In this document: positions 63,108 through 64,000 of the stretch, piece by piece
How the letters are laid out: each line of letters opens with the position of its first letter
Position numbering within the stretch: the stretch's first letter is position 1
The notes under the pieces: generated by a model
The model's input: the letters and a program-made list of their open reading frames with translations, nothing else
The model's database searches: none
Told to the model about the DNA's origin: nothing
Program-made: the position numbers and the translations under genes
Assembly: GCA_963674595.2 (NCBI GenBank)
Contig: CAXXFV010000027.1
Span: 64,001-128,000, forward strand
Source of the DNA: a bacterium
GTDB taxonomy: Bacteria > Zhuqueibacterota > Zhuqueibacteria > Residuimicrobiales > Krinioviventaceae
Length of the DNA stretch: 64,000 bases
Direction: 5' to 3'

Positions 63108-64000
63108 TCATTTTTTGGGGAAAGGCGGTATCGGATATATCTTTTTGCCTTGAGTTTTGAGTTCTTCCAAGACAACTTCAATCGCTTTGTTAAGCTGTTG
63201 ATCAATACCTTCGTACTCTTTTGCAGGATCATTGTCAACAACAATATCCGGTTCAACACCAACACCTTCAATGACCCATTCGCTTCCATCAAGACTGTAT
63301 GGGGCAAACTCTGGTTTATATAAATATCCGCCGTCTACCAAAGGCAGCGAACCCCGAATACCAACAACACCGCCCCAGGATCGTTTACCGATTAATTTTC
63401 CCAAACCGAGTTGTTTGAATCTATATGGGAAAATATCCCCATCGGATGCGGAAAATTCATCCATCAAGCATACTTTGGGACCGTATATCAAAGCACCCGG
63501 ATCTGTTCCGGGAGCTGTGTTTCGGGCCATATCCAGCATTACAGCTTCACGTTGCAGCCTTTCAATAATCATTGGCGAAACATTGCCTCCGCCATTTCCA
63601 CGGACATCGATAATAAGGGCTTTTTTACGTAATTGGGGATAAAAATGTTTAACAAATTCGTTTAATCCGTTTCTATCCATATCAGGCACGTGTATGTACC
63701 CAACCTGCCCTTTTGTTGCAACATCAACTTTGTGAATATTGTCCTGTACCCAGTTATAATAATAAAGGTCCAGTTCGTCACCTGTCGGTATAACGACAAT
63801 ATCACGGCTTCCTTCAGTTTGCGGTAAAGAGTTGATTGTAAGTGTCACCTGTGTGCCGACAGTATTGACAAGTTCCGCATAAATATTTAACATTCCTTTT
63901 GTCGACTTGCCGTTGACCGCTAAAATAAAGTCTCCTTCTTTGGCGTCTATACCAATTTCCGTAAGCGGGGAACGACGTGAAGATTTCCAGTTTTCACCTT
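63108..64000 (-). CDS. Tricorn protease (S41 with PDZ), C-terminal part; begins beyond the window
   Basis: GYIHVPDM, DVRGNGGG, SASDGD, SWGGVVG, EGVGVEPD. Confidence 0.93.
   Translation of the reverse strand, partial: GENWKSSRRSPLTEIGIDAKEGDFILAVNGKSTKGMLNIYAELVNTVGTQVTLTINSLPQTEGSRDIVVIPTGDELDLYYYNWVQDNIHKVDVATKGQVGYIHVPDMDRNGLNEFVKHFYPQLRKKALIIDVRGNGGGNVSPMIIERLQREAVMLDMARNTAPGTDPGALIYGPKVCLMDEFSASDGDIFPYRFKQLGLGKLIGKRSWGGVVGIRGSLPLVDGGYLYKPEFAPYSLDGSEWVIEGVGVEPDIVVDNDPAKEYEGIDQQLNKAIEVVLEELKTQGKKIYPIPPFPKK

Overview
AT-rich bacterial chromosome segment. It is probably from an anaerobic FCB-group organism such as KSB1 or Calditrichota; this is inferred from T9SS-type C-terminal domains, Tat proteins, outer-membrane barrels, NfnAB and a glycyl radical enzyme. 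Housekeeping and metabolic genes include kbl, ispG, a bifunctional FTCD, leuS, tRNA-Pro(CGG), lexA, nfnAB, ndk, nfeD/slipin, glgB, a GH2 and a tricorn protease. Many genes, including essential leuS, carry single-base frameshifts that are most likely sequencing errors. The main discovery is a 56-codon minus-strand gene at 25287-25457 that the ORF track misses. It encodes a TM helix followed by an in-frame TGA in a U-MSGA-C motif and a SECIS-like hairpin, so it is a candidate small membrane selenoprotein. The next gene, an FmdB zinc-ribbon protein, also ends in a TGA that may be Sec (GFG-U-GI plus a hairpin). These two head a redox cluster with a CoA-disulfide reductase, DUF6132 (C-QSGT-C) and a pentaheme cytochrome c. 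The second highlight is an uncharacterised glycyl radical enzyme with an atypical GCHW Cys loop, clustered with its activase, a URO-D/MtaA-family protein and a sugar ABC importer. Also notable are a lexA promoter with a candidate operator, a catalytically degenerate ImuB-like polymerase, and candidate sigma28 and sigma54 promoters on unknown genes. No CRISPR array, rRNA or mobile element was found.
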